A DNA stretch of 62,740 nucleotides, the filler included, from a bacterium (GTDB taxonomy: Bacteria > JAMORN01): the NCBI GenBank assembly GCA_027063545.1. It is 13 parts of 13 records of this genome, joined end to end, with 100 filler letters (N's around TTAATTAATTAA, not from the genome) between each part and the next. Parts side by side here need not be neighbours in the genome. Positions count along the whole stretch, not along the records: positions 51,577 to 55,276 come from JAMORN010000261.1; positions 55,377 to 59,033 come from JAMORN010000262.1; positions 59,134 to 62,740 come from JAMORN010000263.1; 10 more parts are not named here. One strand, written 5' to 3'. Under the pieces are notes generated by a model. That model was not told where the DNA came from, ran no database searches, and saw nothing but the letters and a program-made list of their open reading frames with translations. This document shows positions 54,652 to 62,740 of this stretch, piece by piece. The position numbers were made by a program, and so were the translations under genes. Every line of letters starts with the position of its first letter. Position 1 is the stretch's first letter.

Positions 54652-55276
54652 ATGGGATGGTGTGGGCCAAATGGGATCTCTTTTTTAGAGAGAATTATCC
54701 CAGATATTTATCATTTCATTTTTAGAGCAGATTTCTCAAAATGTTGTAAAGAGCATGATATATTATATGAGATAGGAGGAGATGAGAAAAAAAGAATGAT
54801 CTATGATATGAAATTTTATAGATGTTTAAAGAAAGAAGTATTAAAAACTAATTTTTGTTTAAAAAGAAAATTAGGCCTTATTGTTGCAAAGATTTATTTT
54901 AAAGCAGTGAGAGTATTAGGTAGTAGTTTTTTTAATTATACTAAAATCTTAATATTTTTTCTCTTTTTTCTTCATTCAGTAGTTTTTGCATCTTTAAAAC
55001 AATCATTAAATCAAACAAAAATAAAACCTTCATGGCCTATAAAAGAAAATATTATTATAACCTCTTCTTTTATGGAAGATAGACCAGCAAGATTTCATGC
55101 AGGAATAGATTTAAAGACCTATGGAAAAAATCTTCCTATATATTTACCAGAAGATGCTTATTTAATTAGACTTAATATCTCACCATGGGGATATGGAAAA
55201 GCAATATATTTTCAAGGAAAATCTGGTTATATATATGTATTTGGTCATTGTAGTGATTTTATACCCCTTATTGATA
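54652..55276 (+). CDS. Phospholipase-A2-like domain fused to a signal-like segment and an M23 peptidase N-terminus (3' truncated)
   Basis: WCGP...FSKCCKEHDILY...DMKFYRCL...YFKAVRVLG; then KILIFFLFFLHSVVFA; then WPI...TSSFMEDRPARFHAGIDLKT...GYGKAIY...FGH. Confidence 0.7.
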
Positions 55277-55376
55277 NNNNNNNNNNNNNNNNNNNNNNNN
55301 NNNNNNNNNNNNNNNNNNNNTTAATTAATTAANNNNNNNNNNNNNNNNNNNNNNNNNNNNNNNNNNNNNNNNNNNN
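55277..55376. other. Artificial contig linker
   Basis: 44 N + TTAATTAATTAA + 44 N. Confidence 0.99.
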
Positions 55377-56379
55377 TATTTGCATATTCTTTTAAAGCAT
55401 CATACATTGTTATTTTTTTCCATGGAGGTGTTAAATCTATTTCTTTATTTCTATATTTAATTTTTAAAGTCCCTAGTACTTTTTCTGCCACATAAGTGAT
55501 CAATCTCTCAGCAATATCCATCATATCATTATAATCAGCATAAGCTTGATATAATTCCATCATTGTAAATTCCGGATTATGCTTATAAGATATACCTTCA
55601 TTTCTAAAATTTTTTCCCAATTCATATACCTTTTCAAATCCACCAACAATTAATCTCTTTAAATATAGTTCTGGGGCTATTCTAAGGTATAAATCTATAT
55701 CCAATGTATTGTGATGGGTAATAAATGGTCTTGCTGCAGCTCCGCCTTTTATTGGTTGAAGTATAGGAGTTTCAACCTCCAAAAACCCTTCATTATTCAT
55801 AAATTCTCTAATCGTTTTTATAATTAATGATCTTTTTCTAAAAACTTCTCTTACTTCAGGATTTAAAATTAAATCTAAATATCTTTTTCTATATCTCTCC
55901 TCCTTATCTTTAAAAGCATCAAATACTATTCTATTTCCATTTTTATCTATTTTTTCCTTTACAATAGGTATTGGTCTTACACTCTTAGTTAATATTTCTA
56001 ACTTTGTAACATAAATTGTTATCTCTCCTGTTCTAGTCTTAAAAATATTTCCTTCAACTCCTATTATATCACCTATATCTAACAATTTTACTACTTCATA
56101 ATTATTTTCTCCTACCCCATCCTTTCTAATATATATCTGTATTTTTCCCACTTCATCTTGAATATGAGCAAAAGCTGTTTTACCCTGTCTTCTAAAAGAC
56201 ATTATCCTTCCAGCAACCTTTACTTTTTCTCCTAGATCTTCTCCCTGATCTTCTTTATATAAATTTTTAGCCTCTATAGTAGTATGAGTTTTATCATACT
56301 TATAAGGATAAGGATTTATTCCCATATTTTTTAATTTTTCTATCTTTTCTTTTCTTACACTTATTAAATTATTCTCCAT
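55377..56379 (-). CDS. lysS: Lysyl-tRNA synthetase class II (3' truncated)
   Basis: [45 protein letters not shown] and FRNEG...HNPEFT. Confidence 0.97.
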
Positions 56380-56399
56380 ATCTTATTCTCTCCTTTCTT

Positions 56400-57507
56400 T
56401 TATTTTTTATTTAGTATATAACTTTTTATAAATTCATCGATCTCACCATCCAATACAGCCTTGACATTTGATGTTTCATAACCTGTTCTATGGTCTTTCA
56501 CTAAATTATACGGATGTAAAATATATGAACGTATTTGACTACCCCATTCTATCTTTTTTTTCTCTTTTTGAAACTGTTCCTTTTCCTTTTGCTTTTCTTC
56601 TAACTTTTTTTGATACAATCTAGATTTTAATATCTTTAAAGCAGTCTCTCTATTTTTATGCTGAGACCTCTCCATTTGACATGAAACAACGATTCCTGTA
56701 GGTATATGAGTAATTCTAACTGCAGATTCTGTTTTATTTACATATTGACCACCCGCTCCAGATGCTCTAAATGTCTCTATTTTTAATTCCTCGGGTTTTA
56801 TCTCTATCTCTATATTATCATCTATTTCAGGTAAAACGCTTACTGCTGCAAAAGATGTATGCCGCCTTTTATTAGAATCAAAAGGAGAAATTCTCACTAA
56901 TCTATGAACTCCTGATTCTCCTTTTAAACAACCATATGCATAATTACCTATAATATTTATTGTTGCTGACTTTATTCCTGCCTCTTCTCCATTAATCTGG
57001 TCTAAAATCTTTACTTCAAAATTATTTCTTTCAGCCCATCTTATATACATTCTAAGAAGCATCAATGCCCAATCTTGAGATTCTGTTCCTCCTGCCCCGG
57101 GTTTTATTGTTAAAATAGCATTATTTTTATCATTCTCCTCATTAAAAGCACTTTCTAATTCAAATTTTTCAAACTCTATGTAAAAATCTTTTACCATATT
57201 TTTTAATTCATCAAACTCTTCTTTATTGAAATCTTCATTTAATAATTCAACAAACTCTAAATTATCATCAATATTCTTTTTTATCTCTGTAATTTTTTTT
57301 ATAATATTCTCTTCTATATTTATCTCTTTTAAGATCTGATTAAATTTTTTAGTATCCTGCCAAATATTTGGATCTTCGGTCTTTTTCTTCAATTGTTGTA
57401 ATTTTTCCTTTCTTGAATCTATATCAAAGAAACCTCCAAATTGTTGCTAACCTATATTTCATATTTAATAAAAGATCTCTTACTTCTTCTAAAGTATTTA
57501 ATTCCAT
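56400..57507 (-). CDS. prfB: Peptide chain release factor 2 with programmed +1 frameshift
   Basis: ORF0 from ATG 57507 (MELNTLEEV...IWRFL*); shift site GGAGG-TTT-CTT-TGA-T; the +1 frame contains SPF and GGQ. Confidence 0.96.
57423..57437 (-). promoter_or_regulatory. RF2 autoregulatory +1 frameshift cassette
   Basis: Internal SD GGAGG, 3-nt spacer, CTT TGA. Confidence 0.92.
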
Positions 57508-57513
57508 AAAAAA

Positions 57514-58500
57514 CTACTCTCCCGAAGCAGGTTTATATATAAACATCCATTTTTTAGACACAGAATTTATATCTCCATCTAATTTTGTTAGGGTTGCTAC
57601 AGCCCAATAATAAGTCTCTCCAGCTTTTATTTCTGGTAAGGTAGAAAGGGATACACGTTTTACTATTATAGAAGATGTTGAATCAACAACCACCTCTTTA
57701 TAAAACTCTTCTACAGATGGAGTAGCAGATATATAGAGTTTATAAGCAACAGCACCATCTACTTTTTTCCATGAAAATTCAATAACACTATCTGCTATAA
57801 TAGAACTATCCTCTGGAGCTAAAAGCTCTGGTGGCAATAAAGGAATATCAGAAACTAATTGAGAAAAACTACTTACTTTTCCTCCTAAATCTACAGCTTG
57901 TATTTTATAATAATATCTTGTTTGAATGGTTATATTAGTATCAATATATGAGGTTTTAGGATAATCAACAAATATTGTATCAGAAGTATCTGCCCAACTT
58001 TTTATTATAACAAATTTATCTATATCATAATCTAGACTTTTCCAAGATAAAGATATCAATGTCTGTCCGTCATTATTTTTTGCACTAATTTCTATACTAT
58101 CAGGAACTGAAGGAGGTAAACTATTACCTGAGGATACTTGAGTTATAATAGCTGGATATGAGATATTACCATTTATATCTATCGCATATATTCTATAGGT
58201 ATAAGAAATATCATAACTATCAACTATATCAAGATATGTTGTATCTGTTTTTGTATATATTGTATCTAATACCTTTTCTATAGAAGAGATAGAATCTTCT
58301 CTAGTTAATACATAAGCATAAAAATCACTCACAGGAGAAGCACTCCATGCAAGTTGAACCTTTAAGTCTTGTGCTAATAATACTCTAAAATTCTGAACAG
58401 TTGGTGGGGGAGAATAATCAGGCTCATCTTTATCACAACTTTGAAATATTATAGTAATATAGATGATTGATAATAGAATTGAAAATCTTTTTACTAACAT
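57514..58500 (-). CDS. Lipoprotein with fibronectin type III-like domains
   Basis: Lipobox FQSC; VQLAW...YTYRIYAID.NGN.S; ISLSW...YYYKIQAVD.GG.VS; FSW...YYWAV. Confidence 0.8.
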   Translation of the reverse strand: MLVKRFSILLSIIYITIIFQSCDKDEPDYSPPPTVQNFRVLLAQDLKVQLAWSASPVSDFYAYVLTREDSISSIEKVLDTIYTKTDTTYLDIVDSYDISYTYRIYAIDINGNISYPAIITQVSSGNSLPPSVPDSIEISAKNNDGQTLISLSWKSLDYDIDKFVIIKSWADTSDTIFVDYPKTSYIDTNITIQTRYYYKIQAVDLGGKVSSFSQLVSDIPLLPPELLAPEDSSIIADSVIEFSWKKVDGAVAYKLYISATPSVEEFYKEVVVDSTSSIIVKRVSLSTLPEIKAGETYYWAVATLTKLDGDINSVSKKWMFIYKPASGE

Positions 58501-58584
58501 AATAATCTCCTGTTTTTTATTTAAAAAACTATAAAATTTTCTTAGATAATAAAATAAAAAATAAATAACAAAAAATAAACAAAT

Positions 58585-58628
58585 AAAAAAGCCCCTCCTA
58601 CCTATATAAAGGTAGAAGGGACTCTTTT
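58585..58628 (-). terminator. Intrinsic terminator after glnA
   Basis: Minus strand CCCTTCTACCT...AGGTAGGAGGGG followed by CTTTTTT. Confidence 0.75.
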
Positions 58629-58657
58629 ATTTATAATTCTTTTAACAAAAATTTTAA

Positions 58658-59033
58658 TTATACATCGTAATATAAAACAAACTCCCATGGATGTGGCCTC
58701 ATATCAACTTCCATAGCTTCCCATTTCTTTCTTTCAATCCATGCTTCAATAATATCTTTTGTAAATACTCCTCCTCTTAGTAAAAATTCATAATCTTTTT
58801 CTAATGCTTCTACTGCCTCATATAAAGATCTTGGTGTAGATTCTATATTAGATAACTTTTCCTTAGGTAATTCATAAATATTTGTATCTAAAGCCTCACC
58901 CGGATCTATCTTATTAATAATTCCATCAATACCTGCCATTAACATTGCAGCAAATGCTAAATATCCTGTTGCTGATGGATCTGGGAATCTCACTTCAATT
59001 CTTTTAGTTTTAGGGGAATTAGAATACATTGGT
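58658..59033 (-). CDS. glnA: Glutamine synthetase type I, C-terminal fragment
   Basis: KRIEVRFPDP...YLAFAAMLMAGIDGI.NKIDPG and RPHPWEF.LYYDV. Confidence 0.95.
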
Positions 59034-59133
59034 NNNNNNNNNNNNNNNNNNNNNNNNNNNNNNNNNNNNNNNNNNNNTTAATTAATTAANNNNNNNNNNN
59101 NNNNNNNNNNNNNNNNNNNNNNNNNNNNNNNNN
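59034..59133. other. Artificial contig linker
   Basis: 44 N + TTAATTAATTAA + 44 N. Confidence 0.99.
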
Positions 59134-59550
59134 GAGGTAATGAAAGGAGGTTCTTCCTCAGATAACTCTACAACACAAAAGAATGTTTCTCAGGCTCTAA
59201 GTGAATTGGATTCTATATCTGATGGTGATATTATTAAACAGGCTCAATATGCTAATTTAGATTCAGAATCTAACTTGCCATCAGATAAAATATCTAATAT
59301 TCAGTATTTACTTGATATAGAGCTTGATATTGCAATAGAATTAGGAAGAACAAAGATGACTATAAAAGATATTTTAGAATTAACAAATGGAAGTATAATA
59401 GAATTAAATAGATTAGCTGGTGAACCTGTTGATGTTTTAGTAAATGGTAAAGTTATAGCTAGGGGTGAGGTTATAGTTATAGATGAAAATTTTGGTGTAA
59501 GATTAACATCTCTTGTATCACCAGAAGAAAGATTGAAAAGTTTAAGATAA
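59134..59550 (+). CDS. fliN: Flagellar motor switch protein FliN (may be 5' truncated)
   Basis: LLDIELDIAIELGRT...GSIIELNRLAGEPVDVLVNG...GEVIVIDENFGVR. Confidence 0.93.
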   Translation, partial: EVMKGGSSSDNSTTQKNVSQALSELDSISDGDIIKQAQYANLDSESNLPSDKISNIQYLLDIELDIAIELGRTKMTIKDILELTNGSIIELNRLAGEPVDVLVNGKVIARGEVIVIDENFGVRLTSLVSPEERLKSLR

Positions 59551-59568
59551 TTTTCTATCTTTATAAAT

Positions 59569-60138
59569 ATGAAGAAAATAGAAATATTTTTTGTTTTAAT
59601 TATTATAGTAATTTTTCAGGTAATAGATATTGGAGCAAAGGGGCAGTACAACAATGAAGATTCTATTCTAACCCAAAAATTATTGAGTTCTTACAATAAA
59701 GCCTCTGAGGGACAAAAAAGATTAATAGATGATACAGTAAATATTTCGACAAAAATAGAAGAAAGTAAACTTAATATATTTTTGATAAAATTTTTTATTA
59801 GTCTATTTATTATTTTACTCTTTTTTATAGGATTGTATTTATATTTCAAACGCTATAATAAAAGAGGGATATATGTTAGTGAAAATATAGATATTTTAGA
59901 AGAATATCCTATTGACTTTAATAGTAAGATTGTTGTCTTAAGATTTTCCGATAGAATCTTAGTTTTTGTATTAAATAAAACAGGAAATGCTTCTTTGTTA
60001 ACAGAAATTAAAGGGGATGAAGCTTTAAATATTATATCATCTTATAGTGATGTGTTGAGTGAAAACTATTTAGGTAGATTTTCTAATATTATTGACAGAT
60101 TTTTGGATAAATATAGAGAAAAACCAAAATATAAATAA
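59569..60138 (+). CDS. fliO: Flagellar biosynthesis protein FliO/FliZ-like
   Basis: Between fliN and fliP; signal-like N-terminus, one TM, then the beta-rich IDILEE...IVVL...LLTEI domain. Confidence 0.7.
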   Translation: MKKIEIFFVLIIIVIFQVIDIGAKGQYNNEDSILTQKLLSSYNKASEGQKRLIDDTVNISTKIEESKLNIFLIKFFISLFIILLFFIGLYLYFKRYNKRGIYVSENIDILEEYPIDFNSKIVVLRFSDRILVFVLNKTGNASLLTEIKGDEALNIISSYSDVLSENYLGRFSNIIDRFLDKYREKPKYK

Positions 60139-60141
60139 GTT

Positions 60142-60909
60142 ATGAAGAAGTTAATAAATATTATCTTTATTTTATTTATTTTATTTTCTCATACATTTGC
60201 TCAAAATATTAATACAGCTCAAAGTAATCAATTACCTTTAATCCCTAAATTAGATTTTATAACTACAGCAACTAATGCCCAAGATGTGAGTGTATCTATT
60301 CAGATTTTAATTCTATTGACTATTTTAGCCTTAGCACCTTCCATATTAATAATGATGACAGCATTTTTGAGGATAGTAATAGTACTCTCTTTTCTAAGAA
60401 GAGCTTTGGGACTTCAGACAACACCTCCTAATCAGGTAATAATAGGCTTTGCATTATTCTTAACATTTTATGTGATGAGCCCTGTTATAGATGATATTTA
60501 TAATAACGCATATAAGCCATATTCTCAAGAACAAATAAGTTTTTATGAATTTTTAGATAGAGTTCAAAAACCATTAAAGTATTTTATGTTAAAGCAAACT
60601 AGGGAAAAGGATCTGGCTTTATTTATAAAATTAGGAAAAATCCCCAAACCTAAAGGTATTGAAGATCTAAAAATGAGAGTTATAATTCCTGCTTTTATTG
60701 TTAGTGAGTTAACCAGGGCTTTTGAAATAGGATTTATTTTATATATTCCATTTTTAATAATAGATATGGTTATAGCTTCTATTTTAATGAGTATGGGTAT
60801 GATGATGCTGCCACCTATAATGATATCAATGCCTTTTAAAATAGTATTATTTATACTAGTAGATGGTTGGCATTTATTGGTGAAAGAATTAATTTTGAGT
60901 TTTAAATAG
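60142..60909 (+). CDS. fliP: Flagellar export protein FliP
   Basis: LAPSILIMMTAFLRI, TPPNQV, PAF.VSEL, IDMV...MGMMMLPP and LVDGW. Confidence 0.97.
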   Translation: MKKLINIIFILFILFSHTFAQNINTAQSNQLPLIPKLDFITTATNAQDVSVSIQILILLTILALAPSILIMMTAFLRIVIVLSFLRRALGLQTTPPNQVIIGFALFLTFYVMSPVIDDIYNNAYKPYSQEQISFYEFLDRVQKPLKYFMLKQTREKDLALFIKLGKIPKPKGIEDLKMRVIIPAFIVSELTRAFEIGFILYIPFLIIDMVIASILMSMGMMMLPPIMISMPFKIVLFILVDGWHLLVKELILSFK

Positions 60910-60918
60910 GGTGAAAAG

Positions 60919-61182
60919 ATGACAGAGGTTACAGTTATAAGGATAATTCAGGAAGCTTTATGGATATCTTTTTTGATAAGTGCACCAATTCTCATAGGTA
61001 GTCTAATTATAGGACTTCTCATAGGTATATTTCAAGCAGTAACTCAAATTCATGAGATGACCTTAACATTTGTTCCTAAAATTATAGTTGTTGTCTTTAT
61101 ATCACTTGTTATTTTTCCTTGGATTGTTAATAAGATAATAGATTATACTATACGCCTTTTTAATATGATTCCCCATTTATAA
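60919..61182 (+). CDS. fliQ: Flagellar export protein FliQ
   Basis: GLLIGIFQAVTQIHEMTLTFVPKI. Confidence 0.97.
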   Translation: MTEVTVIRIIQEALWISFLISAPILIGSLIIGLLIGIFQAVTQIHEMTLTFVPKIIVVVFISLVIFPWIVNKIIDYTIRLFNMIPHL

Positions 61183-61204
61183 ATAAAGTTAAATATAACA
61201 ATTT

Positions 61205-61969
61205 ATGGAACTAACATTAAAGGAAATTGGGAGTTTTATTTTAGTTTTAAGTAGAATTTTATCCTTAATAGCTACTTATCCTCTATTTGGATCAAAATTA
61301 TTACCAACACAAGCAAAGGTAGGATTGGCTTTTTTTTTAGCTTTATCAATTTATCCTATTGTTGATATTCAATATAATTTCAATAATTTAATCCAATTTA
61401 TTGGGTATATGACTATAGAAGTAATAATAGGGATTATAATAAGTTATAGTGTATCTATTTTATTATACTCTTTATCATTTGTCGGGGATTTGATTGATTA
61501 TCAGAATTCCTTTATAGTAGCTAGAGAGTTTGATCCATTTTTCTTTGTTCCTATGTCTATTACTGGAGAAATATTTTTTGTAACTTTTCTTTTAATATTT
61601 ATATATATTGGAGGGTTATCTTTTAGTTTTTATACAATAGCTCAAAGTTTTAAATGGATAAATCCATATAATATTCATCTATTAAATGATAATGTATTAG
61701 TTTATGTTATAAAGTTAATAACACTATTTTTTGTAATAGGTTTTAAACTTTCTGCGCCAATTCTTTCAGCTTTAATTGTAACTACCATAATTCTAAGTAT
61801 AATAGCAAGAACTGTTCCTCAAATAAATATTTTTATAGTAGGTATACCATTAAAAGTTGGAATAAGTTTAGTATTTTCTATTTTTTCTCTGCCAATTATA
61901 AAGTTTATTTTTGAAAGTGCTTGGAATAATATGGAAGATATGATAGTTAACATATTAAAACATATTTAA
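61205..61969 (+). CDS. fliR: Flagellar export protein FliR
   Basis: EVIIG, GDLID.Q, DP and ARTVPQINIFIVGIPLK. Confidence 0.94.
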   Translation: MELTLKEIGSFILVLSRILSLIATYPLFGSKLLPTQAKVGLAFFLALSIYPIVDIQYNFNNLIQFIGYMTIEVIIGIIISYSVSILLYSLSFVGDLIDYQNSFIVAREFDPFFFVPMSITGEIFFVTFLLIFIYIGGLSFSFYTIAQSFKWINPYNIHLLNDNVLVYVIKLITLFFVIGFKLSAPILSALIVTTIILSIIARTVPQINIFIVGIPLKVGISLVFSIFSLPIIKFIFESAWNNMEDMIVNILKHI

Positions 61970-61985
61970 AAAATAAGGGTAAAAT

Positions 61986-62740
61986 ATGCCAGAAGATTCT
62001 TTTGAGGAAAAGACGGAAGATCCCACCCCTAAACGATTAGAGGATGCGCGGAAAGAGGGTAATGTTGCTCGGAGTGTAGAATTAAATTCTGTACTTATTC
62101 TTATATTTGTATTTGGGGAGTTGTATTTTCTATCAGAATTTTATTATAAAAGATTTTTAGAAAGTATAAGTTTTTTCTTTTCTTTTTTGGGGAAAATAGC
62201 AACGTTTTCTCAAATAGATTTTATTCAATTTGTAATTGAAAGTTTAAAATTTTTTATGTTATTATCTTTACCTGTAATGTTATTAGCTTTAACTATTGGA
62301 ATTATATCGAATTTACTACAGATAGGTTTTTTATTTACTATTAATCCTTTAATCCCTAAATTTGATCGTTTAAATCCCATAATGGGGTTTTCTAACTTAT
62401 TTTCTAGAAGAAATTTTGTTGAATTAATTAAAAATATTTTAAAACTATTAATAATTGGTTTAGTTGCTTTTTTTGTTTTATATAAAAATCTTTCAGAAGT
62501 TTTACAATACTCACAATATTCAGTCTTGAATATTTTAATTTCTATTTGTAAATTAAGTATAAAGATAGTATTTTATATATCATTTGTATATTTTATATTA
62601 GCATTATTTGATTTCTGGTATCAAAAGTTTGAACATTGGAATAGATTGAAGATGAGTATTCAGGAGGTTAAGGAAGAACAGAAGCAATTGTATGGAGATC
62701 CAAAGGTAAGATCCCGTATAAGATCTTTACAAATGGAGAT
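61986..62740 (+). CDS. flhB: Flagellar export protein FlhB (runs off the window)
   Basis: Not in the ORF track: MPEDSFEEKTEDPTPKRLEDARKEGNVARSVEL...LKMSIQEVKEEQKQLYGDPKVRSRIR. Confidence 0.96.
   Translation, partial: MPEDSFEEKTEDPTPKRLEDARKEGNVARSVELNSVLILIFVFGELYFLSEFYYKRFLESISFFFSFLGKIATFSQIDFIQFVIESLKFFMLLSLPVMLLALTIGIISNLLQIGFLFTINPLIPKFDRLNPIMGFSNLFSRRNFVELIKNILKLLIIGLVAFFVLYKNLSEVLQYSQYSVLNILISICKLSIKIVFYISFVYFILALFDFWYQKFEHWNRLKMSIQEVKEEQKQLYGDPKVRSRIRSLQME

Noticed and set aside
2071-57610. Short antisense or alternate-frame ORFs in the track (e.g. 2071-2262, 5144-5350, 8377-8604, 12599-12922, 27851-28096, 34052-34279, 52272-52550, 57368-57610)
   Set aside because: They lie within or opposite well-supported genes and have no recognisable motifs; shadow ORFs.
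3834-59133. Twelve recurring TTAATTAATTAA palindromes at quasi-regular spacing
   Set aside because: Artificial all-frame-stop linkers embedded in N runs; not a biological repeat or CRISPR. ORF ends reading 'XXXLIN' or 'XXXN' are artefacts.

Overview
This window is not one continuous locus. It is 13 contigs joined by identical 100-nt artificial linkers (44 N + TTAATTAATTAA + 44 N), so gene neighbourhood is only meaningful within a contig. The DNA is very AT-rich. Gene content points to a flagellated, probably anaerobic diderm of the FCB superphylum outside classical Bacteroidia (inference from the SprA-like protein, a YPNPFNP-type C-terminal sorting domain, DUF2723, alternative GlmU, LpxH-like and bS22-like genes, plus fliNOPQR-flhB). 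Most genes are housekeeping: split glutamate synthase, apt, tsaD, ilvDBNC, rpmF-plsX-fabD, queC, pfk, glgA, lysS, prfB with its +1 frameshift, and glnA. There are also two surface-polysaccharide fragments. The most notable observations are: (1) exported proteins are strongly enriched in D-(S/T)-hydrophobic O-glycosylation-like sequons, including a periodic mucin-like array, and a DUF2723/TMEM260-like + YfhO-like GT-C gene pair is present as candidate machinery; (2) a solitary HNH + DGQHK protein with the reverse domain order of GmrSD/SspE, a candidate defence nuclease; (3) a fused 1396-aa PlsAR/Ger-like plasmalogen or ether-lipid enzyme; (4) a phospholipase-A2-like domain fused in frame ahead of a signal-peptide-bearing M23 peptidase; (5) several pseudogenes and small genes missed by the ORF track. 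I saw no rRNA, tRNA, CRISPR array, transposase or integrase. All family calls come from motif recognition by eye, not database searches.
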